From Takakia lepidozioides (lineage: Eukaryota; Plantae; Bryophyta): a DNA stretch of 64,000 nucleotides. Location of the stretch: contig CM060734.1 in NCBI GenBank assembly GCA_030704615.1, positions 9,796,001 through 9,860,000 on the forward strand, written 5' to 3'. This document shows, one piece after another, positions 37,601 through 49,367 of the stretch. The notes under the pieces are model-generated. The model was given only the letters and a program-made list of their open reading frames with translations, was not told the origin of the DNA and made no database searches. A program made the position numbers and the translations under genes. Each line of letters starts with the position of its first letter. Positions within the stretch are counted from its first letter, which is position 1.

Positions 37601-37917
37601 CCGGCTATAGGCGGCTCGGGGGCCTAGGCGGTAAGAATTAGACAATAAAACACAAAGACTTGGAAGACAGTTACTGAGTAGATTGTAGGATATCGTAGGA
37701 CTTAGAAATGCAAATTCGCCCTGTGAAGAGGAGTACGTGATTTCTCTTTGCCGGTAGGACTTAGATAGTGATCATAGCCACCATGTACGACCACGGACCC
37801 CCTGCACTAACCGCAGTCGGGTAGGCGGTTCAGTGAGCCCAACCTACACCGCAACTTACCACGACCCCCCTAGACTAATATGCTGTCACCCTGACCGTGC
37901 GCGCTCAGGGCTTGTCA
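34601..37917 (+). repeat. 5' LTR (~3.3 kb) of element B, with a ~305-bp segment (about 37327-37633) absent from the 3' LTR
   Basis: TGTAGATG...CTTGTCA; highly similar to the reverse complement of 24725-27753. Confidence 0.88.
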
Positions 37918-37923
37918 TATAAA

Positions 37924-37940
37924 TGGTGCGTCTGTCGGGA
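37924..37940 (+). promoter_or_regulatory. Putative PBS of element B
   Basis: TGGTGCGTCTGTCGGGA, 6 nt after the LTR end; resembles Tat-type TGGCGCCGTCTGTGGGA. The tRNA identity was not verified. Confidence 0.55.
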
Positions 37941-38281
37941 GGTGAGTAAATAGTCAGGGTGTCCCGATATTTGAATGGATGAATGATCGCTATTTGTGCT
38001 CATCTTTGTTTTTGCTTATGTTTTCCACATGATATTGCTTCGTTTTTATTTCTAGTTGCCACACACTAATGAGGATGGATACCCCAGTGTAGTAGGCATT
38101 GTTTAAATTTCTTGTGAGTACTAACGTTGTGGCTATAGTTGAGATCGACAGGGCATGCCTAAATACGCTACGACGATAAGGTATGAGAATCTCAAACATT
38201 ATTTTTAGCCAGTCTTGAGCGCTATTTATTTTGTCCATTGTGGCAATACTTTAATCTGGTAAGCCAGATTTTCTTCGCATC

Positions 38282-38690
38282 ATGGGTAATGGTGGGAAAT
38301 ATAGGAGATGGATTACCCAATATTGCATGTGGTTTATTTGCATTTGTATGCGCACTTTATGGAAGACTGTTAGGTCAACCTTGATAGGAACTACTTGGGA
38401 GATACCAGATCAGGAATTCGAAGACATTATAAGGATAGAGAAAGAAGGGTGGGTTGAGAACCTGGATGAACCAGTCATTGAAGAAATCCCACCTATTAGT
38501 TCTAACTCTGACTTGTCTTCAGTCACAACACCATTAGTGCTATCTCAACCAATTTTATCTATAGTTGTGGAGGTACCCATTGTGGTACCTATTGGTTTGA
38601 GGCCTTTACAAATTCCTGCTAGTTTACCTTATTTTTCTGGAGAGGCTCAGAAAAACCCCAGAAATCATGTTCAAGGGTTTATTCAAAGCT
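38282..38690 (+). pseudogene. Element B gag N-terminus, cut by the inversion breakpoint
   Basis: ..LPYFSGEAQKNPRNHVQGFIQS is the typical gag LP.F.G...P..H...F motif; its continuation LNNQ..YWLIWFPSTL lies at 32500(-). Confidence 0.7.
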
Positions 38691-39042
38691 ACCCAATATG
38701 ACCTCCAAGAACCTCCAAATAGTCCTCCAAACAGCCCTTAAGAAGCTCCACAAATCTGCCAAATATTAGCTTCAAAGGACCCCAAATAGTCCTTCAAACA
38801 GCCCCAAAAAGCTCAACACGCCTGTTAAGTATTGGCCTCAAAAGACCCCCAATAGTCCTCCAAAGATCTCTTACAAAGCTCCACAAGTCTGCCCACTATG
38901 GGCCTCCAAAGATCTCCCAAATAGGCTTTCAATCAGCCCCAAAAAAGCTCCACAGGACTGCAAAACATTGGCCTCAAAAGACCCCAAACAGTCCTTTAAA
39001 TAGGCCCCCAAAAGGCTCCAAAAATATCCACTGGCAGTCGAT

Positions 39043-39216
39043 ATATATATAAGACGCCTCCCGAAGGGAGCGTAACTTATGGTGTCACTTCACCACAAGG
39101 GCTACTGCCTTCCAGCTGAAAGGTGGACACCTTCATGACACACCAGACCGTGGATTGAACCCACAACCACATCCTACGTGGTATGTGCCCATTACCATTG
39201 GGCTACATGCTGGTTG
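39043..39216 (-). mobile_element. tRNA-derived SINE (~175 bp) with (AT)n tail
   Basis: Minus strand A box TAGCCCAATGG and B box GGTTCAATCC. Perfect 16-bp TSD TCCACTGGCAGTCGAT at 39027-39042 and 39217-39232. Confidence 0.88.
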
Positions 39217-39232
39217 TCCACTGGCAGTCGAT

Positions 39233-39545
39233 TTTTCATCCGTTGCTGACTGAAAGTCATCCAGAACCGTGATTTTTCATTCGTAGGTCCGATATTTCAT
39301 CCGCCGTCGTGATTATCATCCGTTGGCGCGTTTTTTCATGCAAAACCGCAATATTTCATCCGCTCGCGCAGTTTCATCCGCCGGTGCGATATTTCATCCG
39401 CTGCCACGATTTCATCTGCTGACACCGTTTCATCCGCCGGCGCGATATTTCATCCGCGGCCACGATTGCATCCGCTGACACAGTTTCATCCGTTGTGACC
39501 GATTTTCATCCACAGGCTCAATAGTTCATCCGATGGCTCAATAGT
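39233..39545. repeat. Degenerate ~19-21 bp minisatellite with core TTTCATCCG
   Basis: About 14 copies of (t)ttcatccg visible. Confidence 0.85.
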
Positions 39546-40287
39546 GGTGCTCCCAGCCTGGGGCACTGTTCCCACGCATTCCCAACCGTTCCCACGAGTT
39601 CCCAAAGAGATCCCACGCGTTCCCAAGCTAGGGTCACTTTGGCTCTGCGTTTGCTGCCAACGAGCTATGGCTTCTATGAAGCAATTAGAGGTGCCGCTCT
39701 TGATTTCTTGGGCATCAATGGACCACCAAGAGTGCCCTCTAGCTCCCTGAGGCGTAAGCTATTTGCCACACAATAATCTCTCTTTCTCCATGGAACTCAT
39801 TGAAAGAAACATAGAACAAGCTATTGAGCTTTCCATGGCATACCCTCTTCTAACCATTGTATGCACTCATAGTGCTCCCTTCCATGGCCATAGTGCACCC
39901 CTTAAAGCTCCTCTTCCAACCTTGCACTTGCTACTTCCATAGACATGCTCTTCCCAAGCTTGAGAATATTGAAACCCCAATTCAAAGCATGCTCTACAAA
40001 TGCACTATCTTGCACAAAAGAGAAATCAGATCTCTCTCTTCACTCCTAGCTCTCCTAAGCTTGAAGTTGAAGGCTCCCACAAGCTAAAAAGCATGCTCCA
40101 CACATGCTCTGCTTGCTTGGTTGCCACCCGAGCTCTTCTCAAACCCTGCAACAACTTGCAGAACACGAACTATCTTCACAAGCTCTCAAACTTTGCACTA
40201 GGGCTCTCCTTGAAGACCTCCATTTGTGCATAACCACCACAAGGGCTTTCTTTGCAAATCCTGCAACACCTTGTAACACAGAAGGCA

Positions 40288-43050
40288 TCAATGTATATCA
40301 AAGCACACTCCCACCTGAAATTTCCAAGGACAATATCCATTAGGCGCTGTAAGGTAGAAGTTGCATTGGACAAATCAAAAGGCATGGTCTCATACTGGTA
40401 CTTACCCATCCTACAGACAAAGGAGGTTTTCTCTTTTGCTTCCTCAGTCAGAGGCACTTGCCAAAATCTAGAGGCCAAGTCTAAGGAAGAAAACACAGTG
40501 CCTCCATGTAACATGTCAAGGGTCTCATTGATCTTGGGGAGGGATATGCATATTTCTTGGTGACTGTATTGAGACGCCTGAAGTCCACACAGAAGCGAGT
40601 ACTTCAATCTTTCTTCCCTACAAGGACTATGGGACTGGCCCAAGGAGAGATGGAAGGCTAAATCACACCAGCATCAAGCATTTTTTTTATTTCCTCTTGC
40701 ACAATAGCCCTCTCTTTCACACTCTCTCTATAGGCAAATTGCTTGACAGGAGGTCCCTCAGTCTCAATGTCATGCTGCAAGATATTGGTCTTCCCAAGGT
40801 CAGAAGCTCCAAGACTGAACACATCCAGGTTGTGAGCTATCAAGGTCTCAACTTGTTTCTTTTGGGCTTCCTCAAGTAAGGGGTTGAGTTTGATCTCACC
40901 AAGGACTTTGGCAAGGGCTTCTTTTTCTTGAGCATTGAGTCTATTCTTGAAGCTCATGGCAGGAGAAGAGTGGCTGGAAAAAGTAGTGACTAGATCTGAT
41001 TGATCATGGACAATGCCTAAGGCTTCAAAACCAAAAGCAGGTTGGACTTCACCAATCTCTTCTAAGGGACGGGCATAAATTCTAGCAAGCATTTGCCCCT
41101 TCTTGATGGTCACAGGAAACCTTTCAGGATTGGCTATAAGAAGCTTGACTTCCTCTTTGTAACCTCTATCAAGAATTCCAGTAGCAACAAGGCAATGTTT
41201 TAAGGTAGTAAGCCTCCCCCATCAACCTCAAGGTAGTGTCCCTTAGGACAAAGATAGGCCAATTGGGTCTTGACCACTCTCTGGCACATAGATGGAATAG
41301 TGACAGGGAGCTCTAATCAAAGTACTATTCTTTTGCACCACAATGGGAGCACTAGACTTTTGACCAGAGCTAGGTATATGCCACTCATACATCAAAGCAA
41401 GATCTAGCTTGTATTTGTAAAAATCCACCCAAGACATGTTGTGGTGGGTCCTTTGCCTTACCTCCCTTACCATGGCTTGAACTTGGAAAAGGGTGGCAGT
41501 AGCAGTGCCTGCATGCATTTTGACAGTCTTAAGAGGCACTACAACTTCATGTCCTTCTCCATTGGGAAATCTTAAGAAGTTGTCACCAAGGTTGATGGTA
41601 GCTTGAGCCCCTGTCATCCAATCCAATCCCAACAAGAATTGGTCTCCTACTGTAACTATGCAAGTAATCAAGACCTCTTTCTTGTGAATTCTAATAGGGA
41701 CAGTGACCAGCCCCAAGGGCTCATACCTTGACCCACCTGCAATGATGACCTCCATGCCTTGTGCATGGGTCAACTTGAGGCCCAAGACTCTCACTACCTG
41801 CAAGGGGATGGCAGACATGGTACATCTAGTATCTACAACACAGGGAAAACTCAAATGATGCACATGACATTGTATGATCAAGGGACTTATGTCAGGCACT
41901 TGACATTTCTTGGCTAGTTCACAATGCAAAGCCTTAAAGTTAGTTGACAACATGACCCTCTTCTTACTTGCATCAATAGGGTACTGCTTCCCATGACCTC
42001 TTGTCCCCTGCCCAAGAGATCTTTTTAGTTTAAATGTGTGTGGGCAGCCTGGTTGGAAGACCCTGCCTTCTTCTTCTCTTTGACATAATCAGCATAGCCC
42101 TCACGGTCAGGACACACCTTAGTGTAATGCTCATCACTGCCACAAATATGACAGGGAGCAAGCTTCCTCTCATAAGTGGCCCCTGTTTGAGTCTTACCTC
42201 TGAACCCTCCACCTTTACCTCTCTGCTGATCTCTGGGCTTGTATTCAGCCCTTTGCTGGTCTTTGGGTCTCCACTGAGTCCTCTGCTGATCAGCCTTCAA
42301 GGCTGCAAATTGTGTAGCTATGTTTTTTCCCAACTCACCCACAGTGTGAGCCAGTTCTTGCAAAGCAGAGTCATTAGACTCAGACCCAACAGGAGAGGTC
42401 TATCTCTCATCAAATGTGGCGGCCATGGTGTCTTCATGATCCATATAAGGGATCTGAAATTTCACATGGTGTCGCCTTTGCTTAGCTTCAGCCAGGTCCC
42501 TAAGCTTAAGACTAACCTCATGCAACATCTCATCACTATCCCTGAAAGTACGACGTTGTCCCCAAGCTTTCACTTCTGTTGGCATGCCTATCAAGAAGTG
42601 TCGTCTTAGCAATCTCTCCCTAATAACAACATCTTCAGGCACTTGTTCAACAACAACAGCCCTCAACTCTAAAAAGTATTTGCCAAAGAGACTCACCCTC
42701 CTTGTATGGCCGGCCACAAAGTTTGTCAAGGCTATCCAAAGGCCTCTCCGTAGGTTTAAAGATCATGAGGGCTCTTCTCTTTACCTTGGCCCAAGTCAGG
42801 TTTTCTTCACCACTCAAAGCAACATGCAACAAATCATTGGCTTCTCCTTGCATGCTCATACAAAATGTACCTATCATGACCTCTTCCGTAGCTTTGTTCA
42901 TTTGAGCACTGACTTCAAACAATTCCAGAAAATTCTCTATTTTCTTTCCCATGTTATACTCAGGATAGGCATAAGTAATCACCGGTGCTACATGGTATAC
43001 AGAGAGAGATGACTCTGACAAAAAGCTAACTAAGAGCCACTTCACCTTGC
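40288..43050 (-). mobile_element. Truncated Ty3/gypsy: gag-CCHC, protease, dUTPase-like segment, RT N-terminal half
   Basis: CHICGSDEHYTKVC; CVVDTRCT and FLLGLDW; GILDRGYKEEVKLLIAN..TIKKGQMLARI; HDIETEGPPVKQFAYR; FSSLDLASRFWQV..YETMPF..ALIYID, cut at the catalytic motif. Confidence 0.88.
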
Positions 43051-43099
43051 GGCTACTGCCCCCTGTCGGGGGTGGGCCCTATAAGTGTAATAGGTGTCA

Positions 43100-45005
43100 T
43101 GTGGGACACCAAGTAACCGGGGGGTCGAGTGGTATCAATGGTACCCCAAGGTACCAAGGGGACCCTGGGGTTCCTAGGGTGCCGGCGTGGAGGTGGATTC
43201 CAGTTGTCGCTTGTTGGTGATGATAGCTGTGAGGGAGCGTAGGGCCGTGAGATGAATGGCTTTGAAGCATTTGTGAATAGGGGGGAGGGGAATGTTGAAG
43301 TTGTTATGTAAGGCGTCGATGCTGGCATTGTGGATGCCACCTCTAGTGCCAGCAGTGATGACAGTGAGAGGGCCAGTGGACCACCCCTATGGTGGAGTGC
43401 AAGGATGAGTGGTGCGTATTTTTGCCGTTTTTCTAGAATTGAATCATGGGGGTAGCAGTCATGGCAGTATGTGAATTCAATGAAGTGAATGGTGGGGGGG
43501 GGTAGGAGAATGGTTAGGGTGGATTCTTTTTGTCGGAGATATTTGGGGGAGGGGGGGGTATGCACGTATTTAAGCTGGTTCGGTTCGATTGTAGTGAGTA
43601 AGTTGACTCCTTGCGGGAGGTGTAGGAAAGGGTGGGAGTCATTGGGTGAGTGTTGTTGGGTGAGTATGAGTATGGTGAGGGCATGGGGAGAGGAGTGAGC
43701 AGCAAACCGTGCCCATTGGAGGGCTTCGTGGGTGGGGGTACCAGGAGGGGGTGAGCAAAGCCCCTGCCAGCCCAAGTATGCTGCGTGGCAGAGCCAATGG
43801 CTCCAAAGATGCAGTCCCGAGGGTGTGGGCTAGCAAATGTAGCTAGCTCCGTAGGCATGTGAGCGGGCTAGAGTAGTATGAATGGGTAAGGTGGAATGAG
43901 TGGATGAGTAGGGAGAGGATGTCTTTAGGTAGAGTGTTGTGGGCGCATGCTGCTGTTAGTCTGTTGGGAGCACGTGGTTTTTTTTGGGGGGGTGTCTTTG
44001 AGGTAGCGTTCTACCAGCCAACATATTTTGGTGGCAAAGTCTTGTTTGGGAGGTTGTAGGATGTGCGAGTGAGTGTAGGTGGTGGAGTATTTCCCCCAGA
44101 GCCAGGTGAGCCTGTCCTTGGGGATGAGACCAATAAAACGACCATTTTGGGCATAGATATGCGAGAGACGAGGGCCAATATGAACCATTGGAGAGATATG
44201 ATCAATATCCTTGTCCGGGTTACATTCAGTCGTGCATATGTGTATATTGGGGGCCGGTAATGGATTATGTATGTATCGGTTATCGGTTGGTTGTGTAGGG
44301 GAAGCATGTTGGTGGTGAATGTGTGTGAGGTAATTGGTACCGGTGTGTTTGTGGAAGGCGGTGAGGAGGGAGAGATTATGGTCAGGGTCACAGTCATCGT
44401 GTGCTCCAAAGAGATCGTCCTGATTTGGCATGTGTTGGCGCTGGATGGGTAGCCGACCCATTTACAATAGCAAAATATGTCAACACAGGTGGCACCAAAT
44501 TAGTCAATTGACGTTTGGGTTTTAGTACCAAGAATAGCTTCAATGACAAAGGCGTTGGGGTTGTCTGGATCACTTGGGGGTGACGTCGGCATTGGCAGGG
44601 AGTGGGTAGAGATTTCAGGCGAGTCGTTGGATGGGGGGGGGGGGGGGGGGGTCATGGTAGCGTATGGCACGGTGGGAGGAGGGTGGCTGAGGGGATGAGT
44701 GGGAGGCGATGTGTGCGGGAGGGTTGTAGGAGGCTTTAAGCTTCTGGAGGATAGAGGCAACGGGGGCAGATCTGTATTGTGGTAGTAAATCTTGGGGTGT
44801 GTGGGGGAAATATACGCATGGGATGTCACAGTTCAAGGTGCATGATATGGATGGGTGACAGAATAGAGTACGAAGATAGAGTAGGTATCGACTTATTTTG
44901 ACCGTAGATCTTGAGTGTTTAAGGGTGAATTCCGTTGGTGATAAGAGTCGGTGTCCAGTGGCGGTAGTGAGTTGAATAAGAGTGGTGCTGAATTCCCAAA
45001 TTATT
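43100..45005 (-). mobile_element. 3' remnant of a RLE-bearing non-LTR retrotransposon (Dualen/RandI-like) with chromo-like and N6-MTase-like segments
   Basis: IHFIEFTYCHD..EKRQKYAPLILAL..G..ITAGTRGGIH..AIHLTALRSL..KRQLE is a restriction-like endonuclease tail. Upstream are YYSSPLTC..FASPHPRDCIFGAIG..W.G..AHP and FVIEAILGTK..YCKW. Confidence 0.65.
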
Positions 45006-45529
45006 GTAACCTGACCTCGCACCTCCATCCTCATGAATTGCCATCCCTCCCATAGCCCGGGAGAGAGGTAATATAGTAGGTGGGGTACTGTACCATGACT
45101 GGAGAGCTGGTTGACTCTGTGCAAGCACTTGGCTTCGCACAGGGCCAGACCAAGCGGACTCACTAGCCACGTACAAAGGATGAGATGCACGAGAGGAGGT
45201 GTCAGGCATACCTTGAAATTGAGGATTGTCATGCAAGGAAATAAGCCTCAATTCTGCCGGTGGAGCGAAACTCGAAACTGAGATGCTAGGCTGACCTGCA
45301 GGTGACTCCCCTATGCGATCCAAGCCGTCCATCCGTTGTGCATGGAAATCCATGGCATATAGGTTTGCCCCTCGTATCATCTGCAACATCCAAGTTTTCC
45401 CGAATTCTACCACCCAAGCCAGGCCTGGTGCTAGTGGTTGCTGCAGGTCTAAGACCATTAGAAGCCCTAGCCTGATTTCTACCATCAACCCCACTAAATC
45501 CTTCTTCCATTGATACCAAATCTGACTCT

Positions 45530-47063
45530 ACAAAAGTCCTATGTCGAGGCTCAATGACTGGAGATAACACAGGAGCAGCAGATATCCTATTTCTACCTAA
45601 ACGTAACCAACAGCTATTGGGCGAGTTGGACATTAGCTAGGAATCACCACCTTTAGAGATCTTCAACTTCCACCACACTGGTACACTGCCAAGCTTGTGG
45701 AGTCACAATCCTCAAAAGCTTGTGTGTCTCTTGATCGTGCTCGGCAAGAGCCAACCAATTCCACCTGCGGGAATTCTTGAACCAAAAACCCACATACGAG
45801 GTGTAGTCTGACCCCCTGTAACGGTCACTTCTCCAAGTTCGAGACAAGACAGTGCTCGGAGGCCAATGCCCGATGGAGTAAAAAACGTTGAGTTTGCGAA
45901 TCGAGCAGAGAGCAAATTGCTCGTGAGGAAGAATAACAAGATCTCCTTGAAGAGTCTTCTCACTATGACCCGTGAGAGAATCAACAAGGTCGCGGGTAGT
46001 AGGTGTACACATTGCAAGACTCCCAAATCTTAACAATCGTAACAAAATCGCATCAATGCCAATGGTGAACAAAGCCAAATGCCAGGGATCCACAAAATTG
46101 CAGGACACCAGCGGAACGTCAAGGGATTGCACGGAGATTTGTTCGCAAAGCCCAAACTGCCTGAATTCCAGGGCACCGTAAGACAAAAATTGACTTTTGA
46201 GTTCGGGGATAGGCACCTTGAACTGTCTCCTCAAAGCTAGCTCTTTGTCAATCACGCTATGAACTTCCCTCACCAGTTAAGCAGGATCGCTGATCCAAGC
46301 AGAGACTCTCTCCCGTTCAGTAGCTGAAAAACGTGAGACGTCCACAAAAAATCGAGATTCAAATTTATTGATCCACACCAAGTCGTCACTGCTCAACTGG
46401 AGCTGCTCACTGTCAAACACAAGAGAGTCCTGGATTTGTGAGTTAACATCAGGCAGCCCCTCAAGATCGTAAGCAAGCTCAACGTAGCCCAAACCGTAAT
46501 CAGCTCTGTCAGGGTCACCGCTTGGCAAAGAGCCCGAACTCACTGAGCCACGAGTCGAATACAACGCTCTTTCTTCAAAGGCCACTTCTGCCCTGGCATA
46601 CGCTGAGTAGTTAGAGCCTGAAGAGGTAGGTCTTTCAATGTCTGGAACATAAACCCCTGGAATCAATAATGGAACACGTGCGGCAGGAGCTGCAGGCACT
46701 TCCGAGACTGGATGACCATCCACCACCTGCAAACTGGGAGCAGATACAGGAACACCTACAACTAACTGGCTGGAACCCACCACGTTAGAGCCTGCAACCT
46801 CCACTCTCAGTTCTATCTTAACCAAAATTGAGCCGCTGTCCTCTCTCTCGTTTGACAAGCTACAGAGAACTGCAGACGCCATTGCAACACACAACGAACA
46901 AGCAAAACAAACAAATGCAAGTGCACAACGTGAAGAGTGAAGCTGCCGCCGCCATCGCAACTTCCTCTTGAACCAAAAACTTCTTCAAAAACCAGATTGA
47001 ACCCTAGGTAACCGCGCAAAATCACTGTACGTGCGGAGCCGCCACTACCCGCCGCCTCCACCA
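45530..47063 (-). pseudogene. Degenerate LINE ORF1-like (gag-like) region
   Basis: Collinear ORFs 46277-46960 and 45653-46273 separated by a single stop, ending in a decayed CxxCxxxxH pattern near 45545-45580. No definitive domain recognised. Confidence 0.35.
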
Positions 47064-49367
47064 TATTTTGTGCTTGAATGAGATTCTCCCGTCTTCACAA
47101 GTGCACGTTAAACTAGGGGTGTAAGAGCTCGGAAGGAGCGGGCTTTACAGCACGAGAAGAGAGATGAACATGTAGAGGATCCCACTTACAGCATATGCAG
47201 AGCTAACACATACACATCCAAAGCTCACAGAGCATGTCCAGAAGCTCGTACACCAGGTTGTACATACAAGAAGAAAGGCCCTGACTCAAGGTCAGGAACA
47301 AGCTTATACCCAAAACCTAGGGTGAGGCAATACCCCCATGTGGCAGCATGCCACGGGTTGCCTAGATTACAAACAGATCTGGCCCGTAGACTAATGAAGG
47401 GGCCAGATGCAGCCACAAAGCTCTAGGATAACCTCAAACAAGTATAGGTCAGGCGGTATATAACGGTCTCCCGCTGTAAATACTAATGACATGGGATGAA
47501 CCTGTCATACAGTAATGAATAGGCTGAAAGTCAAGCCATGAGAACATGAGCCATCCTAAGCTCAAGCTGGGAGAAAGTTCCTCACGTGATCCATGTGAGC
47601 ATTCCGGAGAAAATCAGCTTTAAATTTAAACCACCTTCCCCTAAACTACAACAACACTACAACACTAGTCAAATGAGTTTGTGGCGATGGCCATCAAACT
47701 GGACTTCGCACTACACTACCTACCTAGTCAAAGCGCCGGGAACCTCCACGAAAGCCTTTGGAAGGAAGCCTAGGTACAGCTCCGCAACAACTCCTTCTTC
47801 TTCATCAACAACAGCTCTTGCCTCAATGTGGATCAGACCATCTAGGTGACGAACTCAAACGAGGTGAAGGCATGGGAAGGCAGCATCTCGAGGACGACGA
47901 TGGCCTACAGCTTTTAATGAAGTGTCGGCGTGCTGGAATCCAAGCTCTCGATTTAACGATCTAACCCTAATACGGGAACGCCGTCCCTAGAGAATTCAAG
48001 ACCATTGCTGGTGACCGGTGACCATCGGTCACCGTACTCCGCAACCTACCTTCCAGTTCCAAGTACAGGGAGTACCTTCCTAAAGTACCTAGGTATGTAC
48101 TTAGGAAGGTAGGTAGGAAGGGGTACAAATACGAGGATAACACAAAAACATCCGGTGTCGCGGTGGTGGTGGTACCGGGGCGGGCGGTGGCACAGGCGGC
48201 GAGCGAGCATTAAGGGAGTAATGGGGCGCTAAGAGCGGGGCTGCAGGGCGCCGTGCCGCGCGCTGCTCGCCCACCACGCTACTGTGTACGCTCTCGCCCT
48301 CCTTCCCGATCTCTCACCTCGTTTCTTGCACTCTAGGGCTGCTGCGTCCTGTGTAAGTCTGCGGGTACAGAGAGGTTGTCTCGTCTGCTGCAGTTGAGGG
48401 TGTTCAGCTGTTTTTTTCCGGGGCTTTGGGGGTGGAAATTTGGATTTGCTCAGCCACAGTAGTGGCAGTCTATTTGTCTTTGGATTCGTGAGGCTGTAGG
48501 GAGGTCGAAGGGGTTGCGGGTTTTGTGTGTGATGCTGGTTTGTTGGTGGGTTTAGAAATGCAGTGATTTTGCTGTTGTCGTTTTGGAGAGATGATGATTT
48601 TTCTGCCGTAGTCAGCTATGGCGAATGGTGTTGATCTCTGTTGCTTGTTTTGTAAGGTAGTTTTGAGGGCCCGCCAGAGACTGGCTTCAGTTCTGAGTGA
48701 GATTTTCCTTGCTCGTTACGGTGTCAATGGTATGCCTCTCTCTAAGGAGCTGAGGTCTTGTGTTGTTTCGCGTAGAGAGTGATAACTTAACCCTTTTAGT
48801 AGTGCACATTACCAGCTGTTTATGAACCGCGAAGGATCGTCACTGAAATCTGAATCCATGATCGGGTTGAACCTTCGACCTATCAAAGTGGCATTTAATC
48901 GACATTGTGGAAGTCGAAAGCAGAGCCTCTCGTAGTGGGAAGTGACTTGCCATTTAGTTAGATGAATTAGACATAACACACGGAAGGTGTACCCTGCGAC
49001 AGGAAGTGTACAGTGGTTGTCATTCCTGTTGCCATTCCTGTGTTTTTTCTCAACCACAATGACACAATGTACATATTTTATGCTTGCTTTGATCACAATT
49101 GAAGTGACGTAGGTTCCTGGGAAACAATGAGGTGGTTTTCATTCTCATTGTTCATGGAATGCTTAAAAGGTATCCACTTTCTGGTATCCCTTGAATCTGA
49201 CAGGCATATGTATATATATATATATATATATATCGAGTCTCCACAATCTCTCTGTGCCTTGTGTTGGATTCCCTCCCCGCCTCCATGATTGTGTTTGATC
49301 CGTTGGCATCGTTGTGGTCGAGCATAGCTCAGTTGCACTTACATGCACGCCTGGCTGTCTTCCTATT

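Noticed and set aside
24725-37917. Giant TIR element (Polinton/foldback) with 3-kb TIRs
   Set aside because: The arms have TG..CA ends, a PBS and a 5-bp TSD, and are explained as LTRs flipped by an inversion.
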